Shown: positions 50,217 through 60,111 of the stretch, piece by piece
How the letters are laid out: each line of letters begins with the position of its first letter
Position numbering within the stretch: position 1 is the stretch's first letter
From: Promethearchaeota archaeon
GTDB taxonomy: Archaea; Asgardarchaeota; Lokiarchaeia; Sigyniarchaeales; SOKP01
Direction: 5' to 3'
Length of the DNA: 64,000 bases
Assembly: GCA_013375475.1 (NCBI GenBank)
Contig: JABXKD010000002.1
Coordinates: forward strand, 32,001-96,000
Notes under the pieces: generated by a model
The model's database searches: none
What the model was told of the DNA's origin: nothing
What the model saw: the letters and a program-made list of their open reading frames with translations, nothing else
Program-made: the position numbers and the translations under genes

Positions 50217-51335
50217 TTGAGAAAAATTAACAGTTCGAAAGATAAAGTGGAAGATGAAATAACATTTTCAGACGAAGTTATTAAAAATAGAATAGGTAAA
50301 TATGGTGCAGTGTATTTTCCTTCCAATATTCAAGAGTCTATTGAAGACATCTTAGGTAATGAGACTAAAAAAGAAATTTTACATGATTTCTTTAAAGCTT
50401 TAAAGAAATATAATGAATTTACCAAACAGTTAAAAGGGTCAAAACTTAATCCCAGCTTAACTGTTCTTTTGTACGGACCACCTGGAACAGGCAAAACTTC
50501 TCTTACTCGAGGATTTTCAAAAGAATATGACATACCTTTGTGCGTGGTTGAAACTGATAGACTTGTATCTCCTTTACTAGGAGATACAATTAAACAAATT
50601 AGAAATGTTGTAGAACTTGCAGCTGAAATTGCTAAAGAGAGAGGAAGTTTTATTTTGTTTTTTGATGAAATTGATGCTATAGGGTCTGAGCGATCAAACA
50701 TTCACGAAGTTGGCGAAATTAAACGTGCTGTAATCTCGTTTTTACAAGTTATTGATAGGATCAATTATGAAGGAGTACCACTAGCCATTTTTGGAGCTAC
50801 AAATCATCAAAATCAATTAGACTCAGCTATATGGAGACGTTTCACCTTCCATTTTAGCTTTGAATTCCCTGATTATCATTTAAGAAAAAAAATAATTGAA
50901 TCGTTCCTTGATAAGGTTAAAAACGCAAAAATTGGGGTTGATGAATCAATTTATACCAATCTAAACGATGAATATGGAAGAATTCAAGGAATAAGTAATA
51001 ATTTAGAACACAAATTAGGTTATATTGTTTCAGAGTTTGAAGGCAATATATTATGGGACGAGCTTCATAAAAAAAGCGAAATGAAGGGGTTACTCGAATT
51101 ATCCAAGGGTTATTCAGGCTCAGATATAGAGAGAGGTACAAAAGTATCTCTGCTGAAAGCTATTAATACTGAACGTTTAACTTACGAACTTTTTTATAAT
51201 TCGCTAAAGTTAGTAGGAGGTACAGCAATCCATGTGGAAAGACAAGATGTGTTAAGCGATCGGAGGAATAAGGAAATAAACTCTAAAAGAATGGGAAATC
51301 GTAGTTCTAATTTTTCTGGTCCGCCAGAAATATAA
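50217..51335 (+). CDS. Classic-clade AAA+ ATPase, single domain
   Basis: [40 protein letters not shown]. Confidence 0.92.
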   Translation: MRKINSSKDKVEDEITFSDEVIKNRIGKYGAVYFPSNIQESIEDILGNETKKEILHDFFKALKKYNEFTKQLKGSKLNPSLTVLLYGPPGTGKTSLTRGFSKEYDIPLCVVETDRLVSPLLGDTIKQIRNVVELAAEIAKERGSFILFFDEIDAIGSERSNIHEVGEIKRAVISFLQVIDRINYEGVPLAIFGATNHQNQLDSAIWRRFTFHFSFEFPDYHLRKKIIESFLDKVKNAKIGVDESIYTNLNDEYGRIQGISNNLEHKLGYIVSEFEGNILWDELHKKSEMKGLLELSKGYSGSDIERGTKVSLLKAINTERLTYELFYNSLKLVGGTAIHVERQDVLSDRRNKEINSKRMGNRSSNFSGPPEI

Positions 51336-51384
51336 CATTTTGATATAATAAAATTGACAGTTAAAAATTATATATACCCTAACG

Positions 51385-52419
51385 ATGGAAAATCAATTAT
51401 TTAACCTTAAAAAAATTAGAGAATTAACTTCTCCTATTGAAAACCTTCAAAGTAAAGTTAACCAGATAACTAATCTCGTTGTTCTGTTTGAATCAGAAAA
51501 GCTAAAAATTACAGATTATTCTGAAAACGAATCCTTTCTTAAGCAAATAACAGATATCGCTACTATTTTAGATAGTATCAATAATAATTTAAAAAATACA
51601 TTTACCAACAACATTAACGAATTTCTTAGGTTTAATAATAAACTGATTAATAAATACAAGACCGATCTAAAAAGTAATTTAAAAATTGTTAATATAAACG
51701 GTGAAAACACGAGAATAATAGGCCAGTCTTTAATAGAAAAGAGAAAGATCAGTAAAATTATAACTCAAATATCAAATACTCCCTCCATTAGTATAAAACA
51801 ATGGTCAGAATTAATTGACGCTTTAAATCAAAATACAATTTTTTTAGCTTCTGCTCAAAAACTTCAAAAAAGTTATCTAAAAATTGTGAAAAACCGCTTA
51901 GACTCCGAATTAAAAAAAATACCAATCAATACCCCTTCTTCTATTATTGAAGAGTTTAAACAGCAGTTTAATTTGTATCACGACCTAACTTATGTAAGAT
52001 TTCTAGATGCAATGAAGAGTAAACTAACTCAAGAAGAATTACAAGCTAAAAAAGAAATATTAACCAAAAGTAAACAAAAACAAGAAATTGAAAAGTTAAA
52101 AAAAAAGCAAGAAGAACAAACAGAATCTTATGAAAGCTATTTGAAGTTATCAGAAAAAGAATTTGAAAGAAAACTACGAAAAGGGAAGAGAGAAAAGTTA
52201 ATCGATGTAATAGAAAGTAAAAACCAAAAGAAATTAGAACTCTCAGATGAAGTTTCAGAAAAAATTGAGAAGTTTAAAATGAAATTTGATAAGCATTCTA
52301 ATGAAGACTATTTAATTAGAGAAGATATTGACGAAGATCCATTAAAAGTAATCAGGGAAAGAAAAAAAAAGAAAGATAAAGAGTATAAAAAGTTTAAAGA
52401 TCATTTTGAATCTGAATAA
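51385..52419 (+). CDS. Coiled-coil protein with highly charged C-terminus
   Basis: K/E-rich helical ORF. Confidence 0.7.
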   Translation: MENQLFNLKKIRELTSPIENLQSKVNQITNLVVLFESEKLKITDYSENESFLKQITDIATILDSINNNLKNTFTNNINEFLRFNNKLINKYKTDLKSNLKIVNINGENTRIIGQSLIEKRKISKIITQISNTPSISIKQWSELIDALNQNTIFLASAQKLQKSYLKIVKNRLDSELKKIPINTPSSIIEEFKQQFNLYHDLTYVRFLDAMKSKLTQEELQAKKEILTKSKQKQEIEKLKKKQEEQTESYESYLKLSEKEFERKLRKGKREKLIDVIESKNQKKLELSDEVSEKIEKFKMKFDKHSNEDYLIREDIDEDPLKVIRERKKKKDKEYKKFKDHFESE

Positions 52420-54046
52420 TAAAGAAAGCGATGTGAATTTATCTATTAGCCTTAAAAATCTTGAAATAAACATTGGACCTAGGAAAATTACGATTAAGGA
52501 TAGATTTACTTTAATTTTAGGAAAATTTAAGCGTGATTTGTTTAAAGAATATCAAAATCAAGAATTTTTACAAGTTATAGAAAAAATAGATTTAATTCCC
52601 GCTAAGAAATTAATAGACTATTTCCAAAATCAATCAGATAAATTAAAGGGATTAGAAGGTTCTCTTAGAATATTAGAGTATCTAACTAATTATCGGAAAA
52701 TCGTGGAAAGTAATTTAGAGGTTTTTACAAAATTTAATGAAATTATTGAAATCATTTTATCGACATTTAGATATATTTACTTGTCAGAAAGAAAAAATCA
52801 ACTTGTAACAGAATTAGAATTGGCAAAAAAGCACAAAAAATCTAGTGAATTATCTGCGATTGTAGACTTGATTAATAAGTTAAAGGAGTCCATAAAAACC
52901 AATCAGAGTAAATTAAATTACATAAAAGAAGACTATTTTAAACGCAAAAATCAAATAGAGCAAATAGAGGGAAATGTATCTCTTTTAGATGATAATATTC
53001 GGGAACTTAAGCAAATCAAGAAATCTTGTTTCAACCAAATTAATCGAATTACTAGACAAATAGAAGGTTCGACTAATAAACAAGAAAATGACTCACTGTT
53101 AAAATTAGGTATTATTGATAATCTGACTAACTCAGAAAAGATTAGAGCTCTCCAGAAAAAAGCAAAAGAGACTCAATATGAAATTAATCAAATTAAGTCA
53201 AGATCAAAGCAGATCAAAGAAGAACTAGGGAGATTAACACCTCATTACGATATTTACAAAAATGATTATGAGGAAATCTTAACCTCGATTAAAGACGACG
53301 AGAATAGAATAAGAATGCTGCAAATTGAATACGAAAAAGAAATTAGCGATAATGATGAAACCCGTTTTAAAGAGATTAAAGATATACTAAAAACTCCCGT
53401 AAGACTTTCACGAGAAATTGAGAAGGATATTTCAAGAAAAAATTCAGAATTAGAAGCAATTTCTATTCCAGATAAATTCTTTAGTGCAGATAATCCTAGA
53501 AATCTAAAAGAAAGTATTGAAAAATTGAAAGAAATCGATGAACTCCTAAGAAACAGTAATGAAAACTTTAATATTCCTAAAAATGAAAAAGAAATTACAC
53601 TAATTTTTGAGAAGTATAATTTTTTTGAGGACATTGTCAAAGATCTTGAAGGAATTTTAAATAATTTTTTAAAGGAAATTAACGTTGAGATGAATTTTCT
53701 TCTCTTTATTAATGATACCAATACTTCTCTTTTTCTAAAAACAAAATTCATTAGAAATAACAAAGAAAACGTAAGCTTTGAAGAACTAACCACTCCTGAG
53801 AAAATTTTTTTTATTGTTAGTTTTTTCATCTCAACTGGAGTACTCTTAGAGCATGATAATATTTTTTTCTCAAACCTGTTTATTCCTAAAATTTACAATA
53901 AAGGTGGTTCCATTTATAGAACTATTAGAAAAATTCTACCAATATTTGAAGCAAACGATAAATTGACTAAGTATAAATTAATTTTTCTTATGTCAAATTT
54001 AGAATTAAAAAATGAGATTAATAACCTAAAACTAATTAAAGTATAG
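52406..54046 (+). CDS. Small SMC/Rad50-like coiled-coil protein with a degenerate ABC head
   Basis: N-terminal ISLKNL...FTLILG strands, long coiled coil, C-terminal SFEELTTPEKIFF, IFFSN and LIFLMSN at the signature, Walker B and H-loop positions. Confidence 0.6.
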   Translation: MNLNNKESDVNLSISLKNLEINIGPRKITIKDRFTLILGKFKRDLFKEYQNQEFLQVIEKIDLIPAKKLIDYFQNQSDKLKGLEGSLRILEYLTNYRKIVESNLEVFTKFNEIIEIILSTFRYIYLSERKNQLVTELELAKKHKKSSELSAIVDLINKLKESIKTNQSKLNYIKEDYFKRKNQIEQIEGNVSLLDDNIRELKQIKKSCFNQINRITRQIEGSTNKQENDSLLKLGIIDNLTNSEKIRALQKKAKETQYEINQIKSRSKQIKEELGRLTPHYDIYKNDYEEILTSIKDDENRIRMLQIEYEKEISDNDETRFKEIKDILKTPVRLSREIEKDISRKNSELEAISIPDKFFSADNPRNLKESIEKLKEIDELLRNSNENFNIPKNEKEITLIFEKYNFFEDIVKDLEGILNNFLKEINVEMNFLLFINDTNTSLFLKTKFIRNNKENVSFEELTTPEKIFFIVSFFISTGVLLEHDNIFFSNLFIPKIYNKGGSIYRTIRKILPIFEANDKLTKYKLIFLMSNLELKNEINNLKLIKV

Positions 54047-54062
54047 AAGAGAGGATGAGAAT

Positions 54063-54572
54063 ATGGAAAATGATAATTTTGAAGAAGCAGTAAGAAACAT
54101 AGCAAAAATAGTATTAACTAGCCCTCAAAAAATGATTCGAGAGGAAGATTTGAGGATACTAAGTAAAAATTTCGAATTTGAAGAAATTATAAGTGCTGTT
54201 TACTTTAATCTACAAAATATTGGCTTTGAATTTATTAAATCGAAGTTTTTAGATCAAGTTTTTTATGTTTTAACATCTGAAGGTAAAGACGATAACGTAT
54301 TACCCTCTCAATATGGTACTTTAGCACTAATTCTGGCACTCAGCAAAGAAATAGATGAAAATTTAGAAATCAAGGATTTGGAAGAGATTTTTAAGGAAGT
54401 TTGGACATCCGATGTAGAATTTTTAATCGAAAATGATTATTTAAGAAAATTTGAAGATCAGAAAATTCTACGAGTTACTCCGTTGGGAAAAGCACTGTTA
54501 AAAAATGTACTTCAAGATTTAGATTTAAAAAACCTCTTAGAAGCATTTTCTGCAAAAAACCATGTCGATTAA
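54063..54572 (+). CDS. Tandem winged-helix protein, KITE-like (MAGE/Nse1/Nse3/ScpB-type)
   Basis: LQNIGFEF...FYVL, YGTLALIL, FLIENDYL, RVTPLG. Confidence 0.6.
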   Translation: MENDNFEEAVRNIAKIVLTSPQKMIREEDLRILSKNFEFEEIISAVYFNLQNIGFEFIKSKFLDQVFYVLTSEGKDDNVLPSQYGTLALILALSKEIDENLEIKDLEEIFKEVWTSDVEFLIENDYLRKFEDQKILRVTPLGKALLKNVLQDLDLKNLLEAFSAKNHVD

Positions 54573-54594
54573 ATAAAAAAAAAAGGTATCAAAA

Positions 54595-55014
54595 TTATTC
54601 CTTTTCTAAATCAATTTTAAATTGTTCGTAAATCTTTTTTACGCGATCAGCTGAAGGGCCAGTACCTCTCACTCCATCCTCATTTACTATAATTTTCCCG
54701 TTTAAAATGGAAATAATATTTTGATCTTCAATATAATTTACATGTCCTTTAGAAAATATGGTAGCAATTCTATCCGCTAATCCTTGCATTGGAAAGGGTT
54801 CTTCTTCTACCGTTACATAATGATAATAGGAACTCCTAATCAAAATTTTAGGGAAAATTTTGTTTTTTTCATTTTTAACATTTGTTAAAATAAGGTTAGA
54901 ATCTTCTGAAACTCCTTTTAACTGACCAACAAAGAATTTGTCTTTTTCTAGATAAACTTTAACAATCTTATCAATAAGTAATCCTAATTCTGTATTATAT
55001 TGTCTTAAACTGAT
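54595..55014 (-). CDS. SmAP3-type Sm/Lsm protein (Sm fold plus C-terminal domain), 139 aa from an ATC start
   Basis: In-frame upstream extension LIDKIVKVYL..KFFVGQLKGV..SNLILTNV...ILIR gives Sm1/Sm2 motifs; C-terminal GTGPSADRVKKIY. Confidence 0.85.
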   Translation of the reverse strand: MSLRQYNTELGLLIDKIVKVYLEKDKFFVGQLKGVSEDSNLILTNVKNEKNKIFPKILIRSSYYHYVTVEEEPFPMQGLADRIATIFSKGHVNYIEDQNIISILNGKIIVNEDGVRGTGPSADRVKKIYEQFKIDLEKE

Positions 55015-55111
55015 AAATCAACACCTTCACTAAAAATATTATTTTATTATTAATATTATCTTCATTTGCTTTTATTTTTAATTTAACCAATCTATTACTA
55101 ATTTATATTTG

Positions 55112-55780
55112 TTAATCGGAGAATAACTCGGTTATTAATTCGGGTATGTTTTCTTCTGTTACTGCACTGGTTGTAAATATTTTCATATTCGGATTTATTT
55201 CTAGTGCATCGCTAATCATCTCTTCAACATTTACGTCTATAACATCGATAAGATCAACTTTGTTAATAACAGCTATGTCGGAAAATTTGAATAGCATCGG
55301 ATGCTTTCGAATAACCCAAGGTCCTTCCGTAATAGACACGACAACTATTCTCTTATCAGTGCCTAAGATAAAATCTGAAGGGCATATCAGATTCCCTACA
55401 TTTTCTATAAAAATTACATCAAACTTACTTAAATCGGAATTCTTTATTACTTGAGATATGTGATAAGAATTTAAGGCACATTCCCTTCCGGTATTTACCT
55501 GGATGGTTTTTACACCATGTTTCTCTATACGATCCGCGTCGATTCTCGTAGTTACATCTCCATTTATTACTAATACTCTCTTATTTTTAGAAATCCTCTT
55601 AGAAATTGATTCTAAAAGCGCTGTTTTTCCAGCTCCAATAGCACCAACAATGTCAAAAGAACTAATATTATACTTTAATAGTATATCCTTATTTTGAGCT
55701 GCTAAATTCTCGTTGTTTTCAATTAAATCCTCATTCAATTCAATAATTTTAGATAATTCTTCTTCCGGCATTTGTATCAC
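55112..55780 (-). CDS. hypB: Hydrogenase nickel incorporation GTPase HypB
   Basis: GAIGAGKT, NTGREC, IENVGNLICP, SITEG, INKVD. Confidence 0.92.
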   Translation of the reverse strand: MIQMPEEELSKIIELNEDLIENNENLAAQNKDILLKYNISSFDIVGAIGAGKTALLESISKRISKNKRVLVINGDVTTRIDADRIEKHGVKTIQVNTGRECALNSYHISQVIKNSDLSKFDVIFIENVGNLICPSDFILGTDKRIVVVSITEGPWVIRKHPMLFKFSDIAVINKVDLIDVIDVNVEEMISDALEINPNMKIFTTSAVTEENIPELITELFSD

Positions 55781-55871
55781 TTAATTAATAAATTAGTCAT
55801 AATAATAAAAAAAATAGCTTTTATTCGTTGATATTTTTTTCGGATTTAAGTTATAACAAAATTACAAATAA

Positions 55872-56771
55872 CTACCGATTTTTAAATTTATAATTATAAA
55901 CAAGATATGAAGCGAAGAGTCCTCCCAAATCGGGAAGATAAATTATTAAGGCAGAAGGATCTCCAATTGCAAACAATAATCCTGGAATTAGTTTTATGAG
56001 TATTAAAAATATTATAATGGTTCTTCCTTTCATCCTTATTGGTATAAAAAAGATTAAAAATGTCATTACACGGTTCCAATTCATAAATATCGTAAAACAT
56101 ATAACGCCTAATAAAGCACCCGAAGCTAATCCATAAGGAACAATTATAATATATCCAGAAGGTATTAAGAACATCTCCGATATAAGCCATAAAATAAAAT
56201 AAACTAATCCTGAAAATAAAGCACATATCAAGTACAATTGAATTAAAAATTTTGTTCCAAAAGCCCTTTCAAGGTTTTTAATTAGAACGTAAAAGAAAAT
56301 CATAAGGAGTAATAAAATGAATAATCCAAATATACCAGGTGAGTAATTTACAAAAATCGATGTAAGAAATGTCCACAACCAAAAATCTAAAAAACTGAGT
56401 CTACTTAAGGTTAAATACAATGGAAATACCGTACCAACAATAGACATTACAACAATAGTAATAAGTAAATAAGTCGTTGTATTATTTTGTAATCGTTTGA
56501 CATTATCATTTTTATAAAGTTTAATGGTTTTCTGCTTTTGCTTGTCCTGTCTTTTCATGTATTTCTTAAAACTTCTTGAAGTTCCACGCGAATAACCTTT
56601 TTTTGCTGGCGCTTCTCTTAGATTTGAAGTTATTCTCGGAATATTTTTTAGTTCAAAAGTACACTGATGATTTTCAGGTAAACGATGCTCTTTACAATAC
56701 GATCCACCGCAATACTTACATTTGAACGGTAAAAAATTTATTTTTTCACCACAATGTTCGCAAAATGTCAT
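55872..56771 (-). CDS. AN1 zinc finger plus rhomboid-like membrane domain
   Basis: CEHC...FKCKYCGGSYCKEHRLPENHQC; WTFLTSIF, LERAFG, ASGA, DLGGL. Confidence 0.85.
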   Translation of the reverse strand: MTFCEHCGEKINFLPFKCKYCGGSYCKEHRLPENHQCTFELKNIPRITSNLREAPAKKGYSRGTSRSFKKYMKRQDKQKQKTIKLYKNDNVKRLQNNTTTYLLITIVVMSIVGTVFPLYLTLSRLSFLDFWLWTFLTSIFVNYSPGIFGLFILLLLMIFFYVLIKNLERAFGTKFLIQLYLICALFSGLVYFILWLISEMFLIPSGYIIIVPYGLASGALLGVICFTIFMNWNRVMTFLIFFIPIRMKGRTIIIFLILIKLIPGLLFAIGDPSALIIYLPDLGGLFASYLVYNYKFKNR

Positions 56772-56919
56772 GGATTATACTTATAGTTGGGAATACTAAT
56801 TATTTTTTATTGCTTTTTTTCCTAAAATCTTCAATATTATTCTCAATAAACTTTGATCCTTCATATTTTTTTTTAATATTTTCTACCCAAATTTAAAATC
56901 ACATCAAATTTCAAGAGAA

Positions 56920-57900
56920 TTAGAAATATATTCCTACGGGTGAATTAGTTAAAAACAAGGTTATTACTAATAATATCCCCAATGAAGCTATTAAGCCAAT
57001 GTAAACTCGTTTATTCCACTTCCAAATATTTTGTCCGTCCAATATTCCAACTGGAATCATGTTGAATGCTCCCAGCATAAAATTGAAATATGCAGCATAA
57101 CCAATAAAATAGTTCAATGGGTAAAACATTTTAGGTATAAGAAGTGATACAATTAATAAAATCGAACCATAAACCAAATTAACTGACGGCCCCGCAGCTT
57201 TACAAAGTCCAGTTTTTTTGTTTATTTTGTCTAATCCTAAAACTACAACAGCACCGGGTAAAGCTAACATTGGAAAAGTAGCTGAAGAACTAACTAAACT
57301 TATAAAACCCATTATTAGACTCAACACTGTCAAAAGCATCCCAAAAGTAAGTAATCTAAACTTCGTTTGAAGTCCAAAATGTACCGCTACTTGACGATGT
57401 CCGAATTCGTGGAAAAGAAAAGCCGTCATATAGAATCCTGCAATCATGAAAAGAGCCCATATGTAACCAGAACTAATAATTTGATTGTAAAAAGAAATTA
57501 GCCCTATTAAGAAAATTAATGTGCATCCAATTATGAAATGAAGAAATTCTGATTTATGCGCTAATAAAATGCCTTTAAAATTAATACCTGAATCTGGATC
57601 GAAAGCATTTTCTGGGACTGCTTGTTCTTGTCGATACCAGGTATAAGTTCCATCGCTGGTTCCTCGAATCAAACCGTCTTGCATTGTGCTTTGTGATATA
57701 TCCTGAGGTATAGCTTGAGTTGGAGTAATATATGATGGTGACATTTCCATTGTTTGTTGCGGTCTGAAATTTATACTTTCAATAACAATATTACACTCAT
57801 GATCAATAGGATCTTTATGGAACGAACAATAAGATTGACCACACTTAGTACAATGGAACGACTCGGAGACTTCAGTTCCACAATGATAACATATTGGCAT
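56920..57900 (-). CDS. AN1-like zinc finger plus M50 (site-2) intramembrane metalloprotease
   Basis: CYHC..CTKC..YCSFH..HEC; HEFGH, AAGP, FNMIPVGILDG. Confidence 0.88.
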   Translation of the reverse strand: MPICYHCGTEVSESFHCTKCGQSYCSFHKDPIDHECNIVIESINFRPQQTMEMSPSYITPTQAIPQDISQSTMQDGLIRGTSDGTYTWYRQEQAVPENAFDPDSGINFKGILLAHKSEFLHFIIGCTLIFLIGLISFYNQIISSGYIWALFMIAGFYMTAFLFHEFGHRQVAVHFGLQTKFRLLTFGMLLTVLSLIMGFISLVSSSATFPMLALPGAVVVLGLDKINKKTGLCKAAGPSVNLVYGSILLIVSLLIPKMFYPLNYFIGYAAYFNFMLGAFNMIPVGILDGQNIWKWNKRVYIGLIASLGILLVITLFLTNSPVGIYF

Positions 57901-58090
57901 TATTATTTGACCTATTCAATTTTAATATAATTATTTTTAAGAAGATATTACATATGATATAAAACTTAACATTAATAATTTTTAGTCTAAAAATTAGATC
58001 ATTCGTCTATTAGCCACACTTTCCTAAATAACAAAAAATAAATAAATAACAAATGACCTATTTAATTATCATAGAAATAATAAATTTCAG

Positions 58091-58345
58091 TTGATAGAAA
58101 CGGGGAAACATACGGTTTTTTGTCCGACTTGTGAAGCAGAAGTCATACTTAGAAGGAAAAATTTTGAACATCGCTACCATGAGTTACTCTGTTTTGCAGT
58201 GATCTTAACTGCGGGTATTGGATTTTTCCTTTATTTAATCTTGAAATACAGTAAACCTGAAAACACTTGCCCAAATTGTGAAAGAGAATTCGATATTCAG
58301 AATCTTCCAGATAAGAAAATTCGTGAACAAGATATCTCTAATTAA
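58091..58345 (+). CDS. LITAF-like zinc-ribbon membrane-associated protein
   Basis: CPTC, hydrophobic segment, CPNC. Confidence 0.7.
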   Translation: MIETGKHTVFCPTCEAEVILRRKNFEHRYHELLCFAVILTAGIGFFLYLILKYSKPENTCPNCEREFDIQNLPDKKIREQDISN

Positions 58346-58348
58346 TTT

Positions 58349-58588
58349 TTACTTGATTTTCATTTCCATTTTACATCTAGGACAAACTTTATCTTTTTCT
58401 GATAATGTTTTCTTCATTATTGTCTTTTTATATTTACATTTTGCGTTTGAACAAGTAAGATCGAATTTCCTAATTTTTGATATTTGTTTATCTATTTGTT
58501 CATCCTTCGGCTTAGAATCGTTTTCTTGTTTATCAATCTTCTTTTTAGATTTTGTTTCCTCGGGTTTTATCCACTTGTCTAATCCCAA
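58349..58588 (-). CDS. Small basic zinc-ribbon protein
   Basis: CSNAKC...CPRC, N-terminal GLDKWI. Confidence 0.7.
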   Translation of the reverse strand: MGLDKWIKPEETKSKKKIDKQENDSKPKDEQIDKQISKIRKFDLTCSNAKCKYKKTIMKKTLSEKDKVCPRCKMEMKIK

Positions 58589-58717
58589 ATTCGGTTCACT
58601 TTTATTTATTTAGTTCAAATTCTTTAATGAAAAAAAAATGTTAACATAAACAATAAATGATTCTTAATACTTAATACAAAAAGAATAAAAAAAATTTTAC
58701 TAATCAATTCTAAAAAC

Positions 58718-59959
58718 TTAAAAAGTTTGAACTTCTCCCGCGATTAGCCGCTTTCTAAGGTCAATAGTATACTCCTTGCTTAACATTTCTGCAGATACTT
58801 CCGTTGCTATTTTTTCAATGCTAGCAAAATTTACATTATCAGCAGGGATTAATTCTATTGAATTCACCCAAGGATCCGTAATAGGGCGTCCAATCTGGGA
58901 TAAAAGCTTTACATGCACTTCTAAAATGTCTCCTTCTCCTCTTTTGTAGATTTCTCTGCTCATTTCAGTACCTAAGATGTTATATAATTTACCTACGTGA
59001 TTTATCGGATTTTTTCCACATACTGCTTCCAGACTCATTGGTCTACACGGGGTTATTAGGCCGTTTGATCTATTTCCTCTTCCAACCTCGCCATCGTCTC
59101 CTGCTTCAGCGGATGTTCCCGTTATAGTAAGATACACTAAACCCTTCTCTACATTATCTCCAACATTTACTTGACAAGAAACTTCGCGTTCTGGGATTAC
59201 TTTTGCTGCTAAATCTAAGATCGCGTCCTTAATTTGAGTTGTGTAGTTAATATATTCATCAGTATCATTGATATATTTACTAACCATCGCAGCTGCAACA
59301 GTAATTCCTACCTTATTCCCTAACCGCTCAGTCATAACTTTGATGTCCTCTCCCGATCCTTTACATTTAGCCTTAAAGCTATCGGAATTTAATAAGTATT
59401 CGGCTTCTAATGTAATTTTTTCTACATCGGAATAAGGTGCGTATCCTACACCAAAACTAGTATCGTTCGCAAGAGGTATATCATCTGTGTGGTGTGATTC
59501 ATCAAAAACTCCGGTCAGATCAATAGAGCCTGGCCTGACAGCATAATCAAATTGTATGTCCCTATTTAGATCGAGGTTTCTAAAGATTTTAGAAAGCTCA
59601 ATTCTTTGAGTATCTAGACATATAGTCGCAACTGGGACATACTCTAATTTATTTTCAGTTCCGCATTCGGTGAGTATTTGATGTATTGCTCTACCTACAA
59701 TTAAAAAATATTGAGGTTGAATTATCATTCCTCCACCAAACTGTGGTTTAGCTGTTCCTCCAACCAATGCTGCTTTATCAACATTATGATGGTAAACGCG
59801 ATCGAAGTTTTCTAAGTAGTACACACAAAGTGCTCTGGAACACGCATCAGCAACAGCGTCACACACACTATCTGGGTGGCCAACACCCTTTCTTTCGCAA
59901 ATTTCTGGAAATTCACTTTTTTCAATAGGTAAAAAATTCGCTTGTGAAATTATCAACAT
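58718..59959 (-). CDS. metK: Archaeal S-adenosylmethionine synthetase
   Basis: [40 protein letters not shown]. Confidence 0.96.
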   Translation of the reverse strand: MLIISQANFLPIEKSEFPEICERKGVGHPDSVCDAVADACSRALCVYYLENFDRVYHHNVDKAALVGGTAKPQFGGGMIIQPQYFLIVGRAIHQILTECGTENKLEYVPVATICLDTQRIELSKIFRNLDLNRDIQFDYAVRPGSIDLTGVFDESHHTDDIPLANDTSFGVGYAPYSDVEKITLEAEYLLNSDSFKAKCKGSGEDIKVMTERLGNKVGITVAAAMVSKYINDTDEYINYTTQIKDAILDLAAKVIPEREVSCQVNVGDNVEKGLVYLTITGTSAEAGDDGEVGRGNRSNGLITPCRPMSLEAVCGKNPINHVGKLYNILGTEMSREIYKRGEGDILEVHVKLLSQIGRPITDPWVNSIELIPADNVNFASIEKIATEVSAEMLSKEYTIDLRKRLIAGEVQTF

Positions 59960-60111
59960 TTTGAATAAACTCTATGTTAATTATATAAATAGTTATTTTA
60001 ATTATGTATCTTTAAATTAATGGTATTTATAAATAATTATTGATAATAATATGCATACTTTGCATGAAATATGCTCTTAAATTATACTAAATAAGTTTTA
60101 CGCATTTTAAA

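Noticed and set aside
55112-55780. Hydrogenase gene cluster
   Set aside because: hypB is solitary; dispersed hyp genes are ordinary in archaea.
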